From Alphaproteobacteria bacterium (GTDB lineage Bacteria; Pseudomonadota; Alphaproteobacteria; SP197), in contig JAJEHK010000206.1 of the NCBI GenBank assembly GCA_022823765.1, positions 3,984 to 67,983 of the forward strand: 64,000 bases of DNA. The letters run 5' to 3'. Both the position numbers and the translations under genes were made by a program. The notes under the pieces were generated by a model, which saw only the letters and a program-made list of their open reading frames with translations, was not told the DNA's origin and made no database searches. Below are positions 46,484 to 55,258 of the stretch, one piece after another. The stretch's first letter is position 1; each line of letters starts with the position of its first letter.

Positions 46484-46768
46484 TCAGCGACGGCGATTGC
46501 GGGGGAACCTGCGGGGGTTGGCCCCGGGCACGCGTGCCGTACTGCTTTCGTCCTTGTGACGGAAATTGATGCGCGCCTTCGTGAGATCGTAGGGCGTCAT
46601 CTCGACCGTGACGCGGTCACCCGTCAACACACGGATCCTGGCCTTGCGCATGCGGCCTGACGTGTAGGCCATCACCTTGTGGCCGTTGTCGAGCTCCACC
46701 CGGAAATGGGCGTCGGGAAGAACCTCCGTCACGACGCCATCAGCTTCTATCAGATCCTCTTTCGACAT
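46484..46768 (-). CDS. infA: Translation initiation factor IF-1 with a ~20-aa basic C-terminal extension
   Basis: [73 protein letters not shown] aligns to IF-1 over its full 72 aa. An extra tail [21 protein letters not shown] follows. Confidence 0.85.
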   Translation of the reverse strand: MSKEDLIEADGVVTEVLPDAHFRVELDNGHKVMAYTSGRMRKARIRVLTGDRVTVEMTPYDLTKARINFRHKDESSTARVPGANPRRFPRNRRR

Positions 46769-47127
46769 GCAGGACTCCCCTGTTGTTGCCACGTTCCGCC
46801 CTTCCGGAGGCCCGGCTGGGCGGGTTTTCCTGCTCCATGTGGACCAAAGACCGGCGAAGTGCAAGCGCCGGGGTCACACGACGGGGCCTGCACCGGCCTC
46901 CACCCCGCGTCTCGACAAGGTGGTTGAGGGCACGGGCCAGCACGTGCGAACGCCGGCATGGCCAAACTTTTTGCTTGTCTGTTACAGAATTTGGTTCACC
47001 ATGGGGAAAGTCCGCGCCGACCGGAGATATTATGGCTTGCCTGACGGAAGCCTGTCCTGCCCGATGAGGAGTCCCGTGACCACCAAAGTAACGGGAGCGG
47101 ATACATTGCAACACTGGAACAATGCGC

Positions 47128-47658
47128 ATGTCTGACGAGTATGAATCGGAGTCCCCGGGCAGCCGTCTCAACGTCTCGGCCACGGTCAAGTGGTACAATT
47201 CGACAAAGGGATTCGGTTTCGTTCAGGTCAATCCCGACGAACCTGATGTGTTTATCCATGCCTCCGCCGTCACCCAGGCCGGCCTGAGCGATATCCCCAA
47301 CGGTGCCACCATCGAGTGTGACATCATCCGCACGGAGCGGGGATTCCAGGTGTCCAACCTTCACAAGGTGGACGTGTCGACGGCGGAACAGATGCCTCCG
47401 CGTGATCGAAGCAGGGGGCCTCGTGAATGGCAAGGCTCCTATGGTGACGAGCACGAAACCGACGGTACGGTGAAGTTCTTCGACAGCAACAGGGGTTTCG
47501 GCTTCATCGTTCCAGACGACAGTGACCGTGACATCTTCCTTCCCGGACGCATTCTCACGAGAGCCGGCATTCCGATGCTGGAATCCAACCAGCGGGTGCG
47601 GGTTCGCTGGCGCGAGGGTGACCGGGGGCCGCTGGCAACGTGGGTGGAGCCTGCCTGA
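47128..47658 (+). CDS. Cold-shock protein with two tandem cold-shock domains
   Basis: Two CSD cores: VKWYNSTKGFGFVQ and VKFFDSNRGFGFIVPD. Confidence 0.85.
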   Translation: MSDEYESESPGSRLNVSATVKWYNSTKGFGFVQVNPDEPDVFIHASAVTQAGLSDIPNGATIECDIIRTERGFQVSNLHKVDVSTAEQMPPRDRSRGPREWQGSYGDEHETDGTVKFFDSNRGFGFIVPDDSDRDIFLPGRILTRAGIPMLESNQRVRVRWREGDRGPLATWVEPA

Positions 47659-47697
47659 ACCGGCATTCCGGTCCTGGGTCGCACACTTCAAGGCGAT

Positions 47698-48753
47698 TCA
47701 GGGATCACCCATGGCGCTCAGCCATTTTGCCTGGAAATCATGCACCGCGTGCTCGCTGTACTGGCTGCGCTCGGGGTCGACGATGAACCGGCCCTGACGG
47801 TAGCCGAGCGAGTGCAGTCCCTGCTGCACGCTCTCGCACAGCGGGATGTCCTCGAGACGCACTTCGTGCACAAAGTCGATGACCTCCTGCTCTTCGGCGG
47901 TCGGTGTCGATTGCGGGAAGTACCACTCGCAGCGCTGCACTGTTTCCTCTGGCCCCAGGGGAACATGGTGGAACACGGTCAGGTTGCCCCCCGGATAGGC
48001 CTCACACACCCAGTTGGGCCACAACAACCAGCTGGCAAAGCTCTCCGGCTTCGCCGCGCCCTGCGTTACCGACCGGTAGCCCACGTTCTTCTCAACCGAG
48101 TAGTGGGCGTGATGATGATCATGGGTGGCGATGCGGTAACTCTCCCAGTCAATCGCTTCCTCGATCAGTGACCGGTGCTGGTTCGGGCAATGGAAGCACT
48201 CGTCGTAGTTCTCCACCGAGTTCTTCCAGTTGGCCTTGAGAGGGTACTCGCTGCGATCGGCGCACTTCAGCTGCGCCGCCATCGGGGAGAAGGACGCGAT
48301 CTCGGCTTCGAGCGCTGCCGTTACCTGGCCGAAGGGCGGTGCGGTGCCATCGAGGTTGACGAAGAGGAAGCCCAGCATCTCACCGACGGGGACCTCCTCA
48401 AGGTGGTACGCCGAGGCATCGAAGCCGGACATGCGTTCACTGCCCCGCGCCTTGCGCAGGGCGCCGCTCTGGTCATAGGCCCAGTTGTGATAGGGACAGG
48501 TGATGATCGGGCCAAGACGACCCTCTCCCTCGAGCAGGCGGTGGGCGCGGTGCTGGCAGACGTTGAAAAAGGCCTTGATCCCGCCCTGCGCGTCACGCAG
48601 CACGATCACGCTCTGATCGACGATGTCACGCACGATGTAACTGCCGTTGTCCGGCACCATCGAGACATGCCCGACATACTGCCAGGTGGCATGGAAGATC
48701 CGGCGTTTCTCACGCTCGTAGACCGCCGGATCGTGGTAGTAGGATGCCGACAT
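47698..48753 (-). CDS. Rieske [2Fe-2S] non-haem-iron oxygenase alpha subunit (CntA/GbcA-like)
   Basis: Rieske motif CQHRAH...CPYHNW and an iron motif ENYDECFHCPNQH. The start is MSASYYHDP at 48753. Confidence 0.8.
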   Translation of the reverse strand: MSASYYHDPAVYEREKRRIFHATWQYVGHVSMVPDNGSYIVRDIVDQSVIVLRDAQGGIKAFFNVCQHRAHRLLEGEGRLGPIITCPYHNWAYDQSGALRKARGSERMSGFDASAYHLEEVPVGEMLGFLFVNLDGTAPPFGQVTAALEAEIASFSPMAAQLKCADRSEYPLKANWKNSVENYDECFHCPNQHRSLIEEAIDWESYRIATHDHHHAHYSVEKNVGYRSVTQGAAKPESFASWLLWPNWVCEAYPGGNLTVFHHVPLGPEETVQRCEWYFPQSTPTAEEQEVIDFVHEVRLEDIPLCESVQQGLHSLGYRQGRFIVDPERSQYSEHAVHDFQAKWLSAMGDP

Positions 48754-48910
48754 CGTCTGGGATCGTTCCGGATCGTCCTGGAAGCCGGTGACCGGAAGAG
48801 AAGTTATCGCGACCATGACGTCTCTCGAGAAGGTGGCGTACGGTCCAGAGATATACAACAACGGTGTCGCTGTTCAATCTCCGGGCCTTGCCTGTAGACT
48901 TCGGCCCGCC

Positions 48911-49249
48911 ATGCACGACGACGCCGGAATCAAACGCCTTCTGACGGAACGGCTCACCCGGATCGATGAAGATCAGGCGGCCACGGCCAGCGAACGCGAG
49001 CCGGTGATGCTGGATCAGTCCCGGATCGGTCGGCTGTCGCGCATGGATGCCCTGCAGGTCCAGGCGATGGCCGAGGCACAGGAACGGCGGCGGCGCGCCG
49101 AGCGCCAGCGGATCGAGACTGCCCTCGAGCGCCTGGCCGACGGCACCTGGGGCCTGTGCACCGAGTGCGGCGAGGAGATTGCCGGGGCCCGCCTTGACTT
49201 CGACCCCACCGTCGCCCTGTGTATCCGTTGCGCCCGGGAGGCCGGATAA
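48911..49249 (+). CDS. DksA/TraR-family C4-type zinc-finger protein
   Basis: CTECGEEI...CIRC zinc finger and a coiled-coil N-terminus. Confidence 0.7.
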   Translation: MHDDAGIKRLLTERLTRIDEDQAATASEREPVMLDQSRIGRLSRMDALQVQAMAEAQERRRRAERQRIETALERLADGTWGLCTECGEEIAGARLDFDPTVALCIRCAREAG

Positions 49250-50586
49250 TGCCCATGCTGAGCCACCAAAGTCCCGTGACCTTCCGGGATTCGCTCCCGG
49301 AACGCGTCGATGTCGTTGTCATCGGCGGCGGCATCGCCGGCATTGCCAGTGCGTGGTTCCTCGCCGAACGCGGCGACAGGGTCCTCGTGGTCGAGAAAGG
49401 GAGGATCGCCGGAGAGCAGTCGAGCAGGAACTGGGGCTGGGTGCGCCAGCAGAGTCGCGACGCCGCGGAGCTCCCGATCATGATGGAATCGAACCGGATC
49501 TGGCGCGGCCTGGCGGCGGATACCGGCAGCGGGGACCTCGCGTTCACTCAATCTGCGTGCGTCAAGCTGGTGGAAAACGAAGAGGCGGTCGCCGGCATGG
49601 AAGCGTGGCATGCCATCGCCCGGGAACACCAGCTCGACACGGTTCTCCTGAGCGCCCGCGAGGTGGAGAGCCGGTTTGCCGCCATGGGCGGCAGCTTCGT
49701 CGGCGGCATGATGACAGAATCGGATGGCCGTGCCGAACCCGAGCGTGCGGTGCCTGCCTGGGCGCACGCCCTTCGGGACCGCGGTGTGACCATCATCGAG
49801 GAGTGCGCGGCACGGGTTCCCGACATCGAGGGTGGACGCATCACCGGCGTAGTCACGGAGAAGGGCCGCGTCGCCTGCGATCACCTGCTCCTTGCCGGTG
49901 GCGCGTGGTCATCCGGATTTGCCGCCAATTGCGGCATCGACCTGGCCCAGCTGGTGGTGCGCTCCACGGCGGCGCGGACCTCTCCGTCAGAGGATATCCT
50001 GCCGCTCAACATGTCGGTTCCCGGGCTGGCGACACGGCGACGTGCCGACGGGGGTTACACGGTCTCCACCGGCGATGCCGCCGAACACTACGTCGGACCG
50101 CCATCCTTCCGGCACGCCATGCGGTTTGTGCCCCTGCTCCGCAAATCCGCCCGCGACGTCAGGCTGCGCCCGTCCGCCCCCGCCGGCTACCCGGGAAGCT
50201 GGGGTCTCGCCCGACGCTGGTCGGCAGACGAGGAGTCTCCCTACGAACGCCAGCGTGTCCTCAATCCGCCACCATCGCCTCTCGTCATCCGGCGCCTCGA
50301 GGAACGCCTGCCCCTGCGGGCGCCTGCCCTTGCAAGGGCAGGACTGGCCGAGGCCTGGGCCGGCATGATCGATGTCACGCCCGACGCCGTTCCGATTCTC
50401 GGGGAACTTCCGATACCGGGACTCTTCGTGGCGACCGGATTCAGCGGTCACGGATTCGGCATTGGCCCCGCCATCGGACGCATCATGGCCGATCTCGTGA
50501 CCGGCCGCAGTCCTGGCCACGACCTGCATCGCTTCCGCCCGGGACGTTTTGCCGACGGAACAAGGATCGTGCCTGGACCCTACTGA
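49249..50586 (+). CDS. FAD-dependent oxidoreductase (DAO family; sarcosine/dimethylglycine oxidase-like or D-amino-acid dehydrogenase-like)
   Basis: N-terminal dinucleotide motif VVVIGGGIAGIASAWFLAERG. The start overlaps the dksA-like stop (TAATG). Confidence 0.8.
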   Translation: MPMLSHQSPVTFRDSLPERVDVVVIGGGIAGIASAWFLAERGDRVLVVEKGRIAGEQSSRNWGWVRQQSRDAAELPIMMESNRIWRGLAADTGSGDLAFTQSACVKLVENEEAVAGMEAWHAIAREHQLDTVLLSAREVESRFAAMGGSFVGGMMTESDGRAEPERAVPAWAHALRDRGVTIIEECAARVPDIEGGRITGVVTEKGRVACDHLLLAGGAWSSGFAANCGIDLAQLVVRSTAARTSPSEDILPLNMSVPGLATRRRADGGYTVSTGDAAEHYVGPPSFRHAMRFVPLLRKSARDVRLRPSAPAGYPGSWGLARRWSADEESPYERQRVLNPPPSPLVIRRLEERLPLRAPALARAGLAEAWAGMIDVTPDAVPILGELPIPGLFVATGFSGHGFGIGPAIGRIMADLVTGRSPGHDLHRFRPGRFADGTRIVPGPY

Positions 50587-50596
50587 GGCAGGACCG

Positions 50597-52096
50597 ATGC
50601 GTCCGAACGTTCTTTTGCTGTGCACCGACCAGCAGCGTGCCGACAGTCTGGGATGCTATGGCCAGAACGCCGCGTTCACCCCGCATCTCGATGCCCTGGC
50701 GGCGCGCGGACTGCGTTTCGACAACCACTTGACTCCCAACCAGATCTGCTGCCCCAGCCGCGGCACCATGATCACGGGACTCTATCCCCGGCGCCACGGC
50801 ATGACGACCAACGGACGCACTCTCGAGGAGGGGCTCCACTTTCTGCCCGCCCTTCTGGCGGGAGCCGGCTACGACACCCACGCCGTGGGCAAGCTTCACC
50901 TGCAGCCTATTCTTGCTCCAGAGGATCGTGGCTACCCGGAATCGGTCGCCTTCTGGACATCGGACCGGCACGCGGGCTGGACCGGACCCTACTTCGGCTA
51001 CGACACGGTGGACTTCGTGATCGGCGAATCCCTGCTCGTCACCGAAGGCGGACACTACGCAGCATGGCTGAAAGCGGAACACCCGCAGGCCGTGCCGCTC
51101 TTCCAGCCCGCCGCCGCCCTCGAGGGCCCGCTTGACGATCTTTCCGAGGCCTGGGTATCGGCGGTGCCGGATGCGCTTCACTACAACACGTGGATCGCCG
51201 ACAGGGCGATCGCGTTTCTCGAACGCGCCCGGCCGCCCTTCATGATGTTCGTCTCGACACCCGATCCCCATCATCCGTTCAGCCCGCCACGGCCATGGGC
51301 GGACCTCCATGGTCCCGGCCCCCTGCCCCGGCACGAACCGGGAGAACTCGAACGGATGCCGGACTACATCAGCCGGCACCTTGCGACCGACTGGATCGGC
51401 AATGCGGCCGCGGCCGTGGAACAGGGAGGCATGACCCTCACGTCGGACATGTCGGATGCCAGCCTCGGCCGGGCGATCGGTCTGACGCGGGGCATGGAGT
51501 CCCAGGTGGATCACGCCTTCGGCCGGGTCCTGGCCACGCTCGCCCGCCTCGGCCTCGCCGAGGACACGGTGGTCATCTTCACCTCGGACCACGGGGAGTT
51601 TCTCGGTCACCACGGATTGCTGCACAAGGGACCGCCGCCCTGGCGCGACCTCACACGGGTGAGTTTCATCATGGCGGGACCGGGAATTCCTGCAGGCACC
51701 ACCACCAAGGCGCCATCGAGCCATCTCGACATCACGCCGACACTGCTGGAGCTGGCCGGCATCGCCCTTCCGTCCCGTCTCGACGGTATGTCCCTGAAGC
51801 CCCTCTTCGAGGGCCGTTCCCTCGACCGCAAGGCGCGTTTCCTCGAGTTTCATCCACGAATCGATCAGCGTCTCTACAACCATTCCATCGTCACCGATGG
51901 CTGGCGACTGACTCTCTATCCTGAGGGTGAGGCAGACTGGGGCGAACTTTTCGACCTCGAGGCCGATCCGGACGAACACCGCAATCTCTTCCACGATCCG
52001 GCCCGCCGCCTCCGACGGGATTCTCTTGCCGAAGCCCTGACGGCATCCTTCCCGGCCGCTCCCGAAGCCGGAACCCGGCTCGTCGCCAAGTGGTAA
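50597..52096 (+). CDS. Sulfatase (formylglycine-dependent), choline-sulfatase (BetC)-like
   Basis: LLLCTDQQRAD and CCPSRGTMITG (the C-x-P-x-R FGly motif), with an alkaline-phosphatase-like fold. Confidence 0.8.
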   Translation: MRPNVLLLCTDQQRADSLGCYGQNAAFTPHLDALAARGLRFDNHLTPNQICCPSRGTMITGLYPRRHGMTTNGRTLEEGLHFLPALLAGAGYDTHAVGKLHLQPILAPEDRGYPESVAFWTSDRHAGWTGPYFGYDTVDFVIGESLLVTEGGHYAAWLKAEHPQAVPLFQPAAALEGPLDDLSEAWVSAVPDALHYNTWIADRAIAFLERARPPFMMFVSTPDPHHPFSPPRPWADLHGPGPLPRHEPGELERMPDYISRHLATDWIGNAAAAVEQGGMTLTSDMSDASLGRAIGLTRGMESQVDHAFGRVLATLARLGLAEDTVVIFTSDHGEFLGHHGLLHKGPPPWRDLTRVSFIMAGPGIPAGTTTKAPSSHLDITPTLLELAGIALPSRLDGMSLKPLFEGRSLDRKARFLEFHPRIDQRLYNHSIVTDGWRLTLYPEGEADWGELFDLEADPDEHRNLFHDPARRLRRDSLAEALTASFPAAPEAGTRLVAKW

Positions 52097-52205
52097 GAAC
52101 GACGCGGGACCGCCGGGAAAGCCGTCCCGGATATCTCCACCAGGAGAGGCGGCCACCGTTCTCCAGCCAGCGACACCCTGTCGACCAGACAGCACGGCTT
52201 ACCGG

Positions 52206-53381
52206 TCAGGCGTCCGGAGCGCCGGTTCTCGTGTCTGTGCGAAAGCCGAACGCGATGTCGGGAAGTCCGGTGATGGGCAGCACGGTGACCTTGTTGTCGA
52301 GCCGATAACCCTCCTGACCGGGGTAGACGATCCACAGGTGCCGAATCGGCAGGTCGCGCAACACCGCATGCATGCTCTTCGTCATTGCGGGCGCGTCCTG
52401 GTACTTGAACTCCATACCCCACAACGCTCCGCCGGCCTGCCAGACAAGGTCTAGTTCCGCGCCGGTGTGAGTGCGCCAGAAGTGTGGACGGGACACGTCC
52501 ATCAGGCGGATGGCCTGCTCCATGGCGAAACCCTCCCATGACGCACCGAACTTCGGGTGGGACTCCAGCTGCCGGGGTGTGGTGATGGTGTGCAGGGAGT
52601 GAAGCAGGCCGCTGTCGCGGACGTAGAGCTTCGGCGCCTTCACCAGCCGCTTGCCGACGTTCGCGTACCACGGGGGCACCAGCCTGATCATGTAGGTCCC
52701 GCTCAGAATCTCGAGGTAACGGCGGACCGTGTGATCGGAAACGCCGAATGACCGGCCAAGCTCGGAAAGGTTCAGCACCTGCCCATGATAGTGGCTTACC
52801 ATCTCCCAGAATCGCCGCAGGGTCTCCGCCGGGACGAAGACGCCGAGGGCTGGAATGTCACGCTCCAGGTGACTGCGTATAAGGTCGTCGCGCCACAGGG
52901 CGGACTCCGTGTCATCGTCGGCCAGATAGCTCCGGGGGAATCCTCCGCGGAGCCACAGCCGGCGCCATCCGGAAACACCGGTCTCGTCGACCGTCAACGG
53001 GCCAAGATCGTGATACGCGATCCGACCGGCGAGACTCTCGGAAACCTCCTTCACCAGGTTCGGCGAGGCACTGCCAAGCAGCAGGTATCGTGCAGCCTCG
53101 TGGTGACGGTCCGCGAGGACACGGAGCAGGGGAAAGAGATCCGGCTTGCGCTGCACCTCGTCGATCACGACTGTGCCTGTCAGTCCTTCCAGGGCGGTTT
53201 GCGGTTCGTCCAGCCGGACCAGGCTCCTCGGATCCTCAAGGTCGAAGTAGTGCTCCGCCTCCAGCTCCCGCGCCAAGGTGGTCTTGCCGCACTGGCGGGG
53301 TCCCAGAAGCGCCGTAACGGGCGCGCGGCGCAAACCGGCCCTGATGGCCTCCAGTTCCCGGGGACGAGGAAGGTAGTGCAT
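52206..53381 (-). CDS. ATP-binding protein (AAA_14 plus DUF4143 family)
   Basis: Walker A GPRQCGKTTLA, and a C-terminal DUF4143-like region. Confidence 0.7.
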   Translation of the reverse strand: MHYLPRPRELEAIRAGLRRAPVTALLGPRQCGKTTLARELEAEHYFDLEDPRSLVRLDEPQTALEGLTGTVVIDEVQRKPDLFPLLRVLADRHHEAARYLLLGSASPNLVKEVSESLAGRIAYHDLGPLTVDETGVSGWRRLWLRGGFPRSYLADDDTESALWRDDLIRSHLERDIPALGVFVPAETLRRFWEMVSHYHGQVLNLSELGRSFGVSDHTVRRYLEILSGTYMIRLVPPWYANVGKRLVKAPKLYVRDSGLLHSLHTITTPRQLESHPKFGASWEGFAMEQAIRLMDVSRPHFWRTHTGAELDLVWQAGGALWGMEFKYQDAPAMTKSMHAVLRDLPIRHLWIVYPGQEGYRLDNKVTVLPITGLPDIAFGFRTDTRTGAPDA

Positions 53382-53607
53382 GGAAGAACCATAGCACAAA
53401 AGCAGGAAAAGTCGAATATGGCATTCGAATTTTCAACCTTATGGCCGATGCCCGCGCGACCTCGTCCCGGAGAGTTTCATCATGACGAGGCGCCTCGCAC
53501 CTCGTCTCCCGCTTACCCGCTGCTCCAGACGCAGCGACCCGGCCGATCGCCAGGTGGCAATCGCCTGGCGGCCCCGGTTGACCGGGGCCGCCAGCGAGAA
53601 CAGTTGA

Positions 53608-55191
53608 TCAGGCCCAGCTAAAGTGCTGGGTCTGCCAGATGTACCCGTTGGGCGTGATGACAGGCTCCAGCCCCTTGCGGTACATGACGCCGTTGGGCGG
53701 GAACATGAGCCACACATAGCCGCCCGTGTCCTCCATGATCTCCTGCATGCGGACGTACATGTCGTGGCGCCTGGCCGGGTCCGTTTCGGAGAGACCATCC
53801 TGGAACAGCTGGTCGAACTCCTCGTCGCTCCAGCGCTCCCAGTTCCACACGCCGACCTGATCGGAGATGAACCACTGGGTCATCTGGCTGGGGTCAGGAG
53901 AATCGAGATAGGACATGATCCACAGTTCGAGATCCTTCCACTCGTCTCCCTCGACCTCGAGACCCAGGTTCCAGAAGGGCCCGGCATCCATCGGAATGAC
54001 ATCCACCTCGAGACCGATGTCCGCGAGGTTGGCCTGGATGATGGTGGCTGCCGCCATGCGGTCCTGCAGGTTGATCGTCTTGAGGGTGAGCTTGGTCCCC
54101 TCGGCGCCGGCTTCGGCGATGAGCGCACGGGCCGCCTCGAGATCGGGCTTGGCGAACTTGCCTTCGGTGCGGTGGCCGATGAGGCCCGGAGGCACGATGC
54201 CGTAGGCCCGGGTTCCCGCATTGGCCCATGCACCCTCGAGGATGGTGTCCACATCCACCGCGTGCTGGATGGCGCGGCGCACCCGGATGTCCTGGAGATT
54301 CGGGTGCTCGGTGTTGAGCCCCATCCAGTACCACTGTGTGCCCGAGAAGGCTCTCACGATGCCGTCTTCGGGCGGTGATTCCATGAGGCGCGGGATGGCA
54401 TCGACAGCGATGTGGGTGATGTCGATCTCGCCCGCTTCAAAGGCGATTTCGGCGGTTTTCTCGTCGTCGATGATGACGAACTTCACATCGGCGATTGCCG
54501 CAGGCGTCCCGGGCCAGTTCGGGTTCGGCTCCAGGGTGAAGCTCTGCTTCTGCAGCCATTCCGAGACCCGGTAGTAGCCGCAATAGAAGTTGAACATGCC
54601 GTCGTACTTGCCGCCGGCCGCTTCGACAGCCGTCTTCGAGAGAATGGCGCCGGTCCCGTCGCACAGCCACGTCAGCCAGATGGGTGCGAAGGGCTGGTTG
54701 AGGTGGATGATTCCCGAATGGCTGCCGGTGACCTCGACGTGATCGAGAGCCACCGCCTTGTCCTTCCACTCGGAAACCTTCATGCGCTCCAGCGAGTACT
54801 TGACGTCCTCGGCATCGAGTTCGCCGATCTCCTCGTGGCTGTTTGCGTCGTACCACATGATCCCCTTCTTCAACTCGAAGGTGATCGTTTGCGCATCGGG
54901 CTGGTCCAGGGATTCGACGAACTCGCTCGGCTCCCAGTCCCACGTGTCACCGCTGTTGGTGTACTTGGCCAGACGGGCAAGGCACGCATACTGCAGGACC
55001 ATCTCGAAACCACCGATCATGTAGCCGGGGTCCGTCGACAGGATGGCCCGGTTGGAACGCAGCCTGAGTGGTCTGCCGGACTGCGCCCAGGCGGTGCCTG
55101 GATCAAGCAGTCCGTCAACGAAAGCGGCCGCGGCAGCGGAACCGGCTGTTGCCTGGAGCATTCCGCGGCGTGTCATGGTGGGTAATGTCAT
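53608..55191 (-). CDS. ABC transporter substrate-binding protein, family 5 (peptide/opine/nickel type) with a Tat signal
   Basis: Tat motif MTRRGMLQATAGSAAAAAF and an SBP_bac_5 fold. Confidence 0.85.
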   Translation of the reverse strand: MTLPTMTRRGMLQATAGSAAAAAFVDGLLDPGTAWAQSGRPLRLRSNRAILSTDPGYMIGGFEMVLQYACLARLAKYTNSGDTWDWEPSEFVESLDQPDAQTITFELKKGIMWYDANSHEEIGELDAEDVKYSLERMKVSEWKDKAVALDHVEVTGSHSGIIHLNQPFAPIWLTWLCDGTGAILSKTAVEAAGGKYDGMFNFYCGYYRVSEWLQKQSFTLEPNPNWPGTPAAIADVKFVIIDDEKTAEIAFEAGEIDITHIAVDAIPRLMESPPEDGIVRAFSGTQWYWMGLNTEHPNLQDIRVRRAIQHAVDVDTILEGAWANAGTRAYGIVPPGLIGHRTEGKFAKPDLEAARALIAEAGAEGTKLTLKTINLQDRMAAATIIQANLADIGLEVDVIPMDAGPFWNLGLEVEGDEWKDLELWIMSYLDSPDPSQMTQWFISDQVGVWNWERWSDEEFDQLFQDGLSETDPARRHDMYVRMQEIMEDTGGYVWLMFPPNGVMYRKGLEPVITPNGYIWQTQHFSWA

Positions 55192-55258
55192 GGATCCTCC
55201 CTCGGGTTTTCCAATTTGATCCGTGGATCATTCCCCCAACGACGGGGACCGGTCAAGC

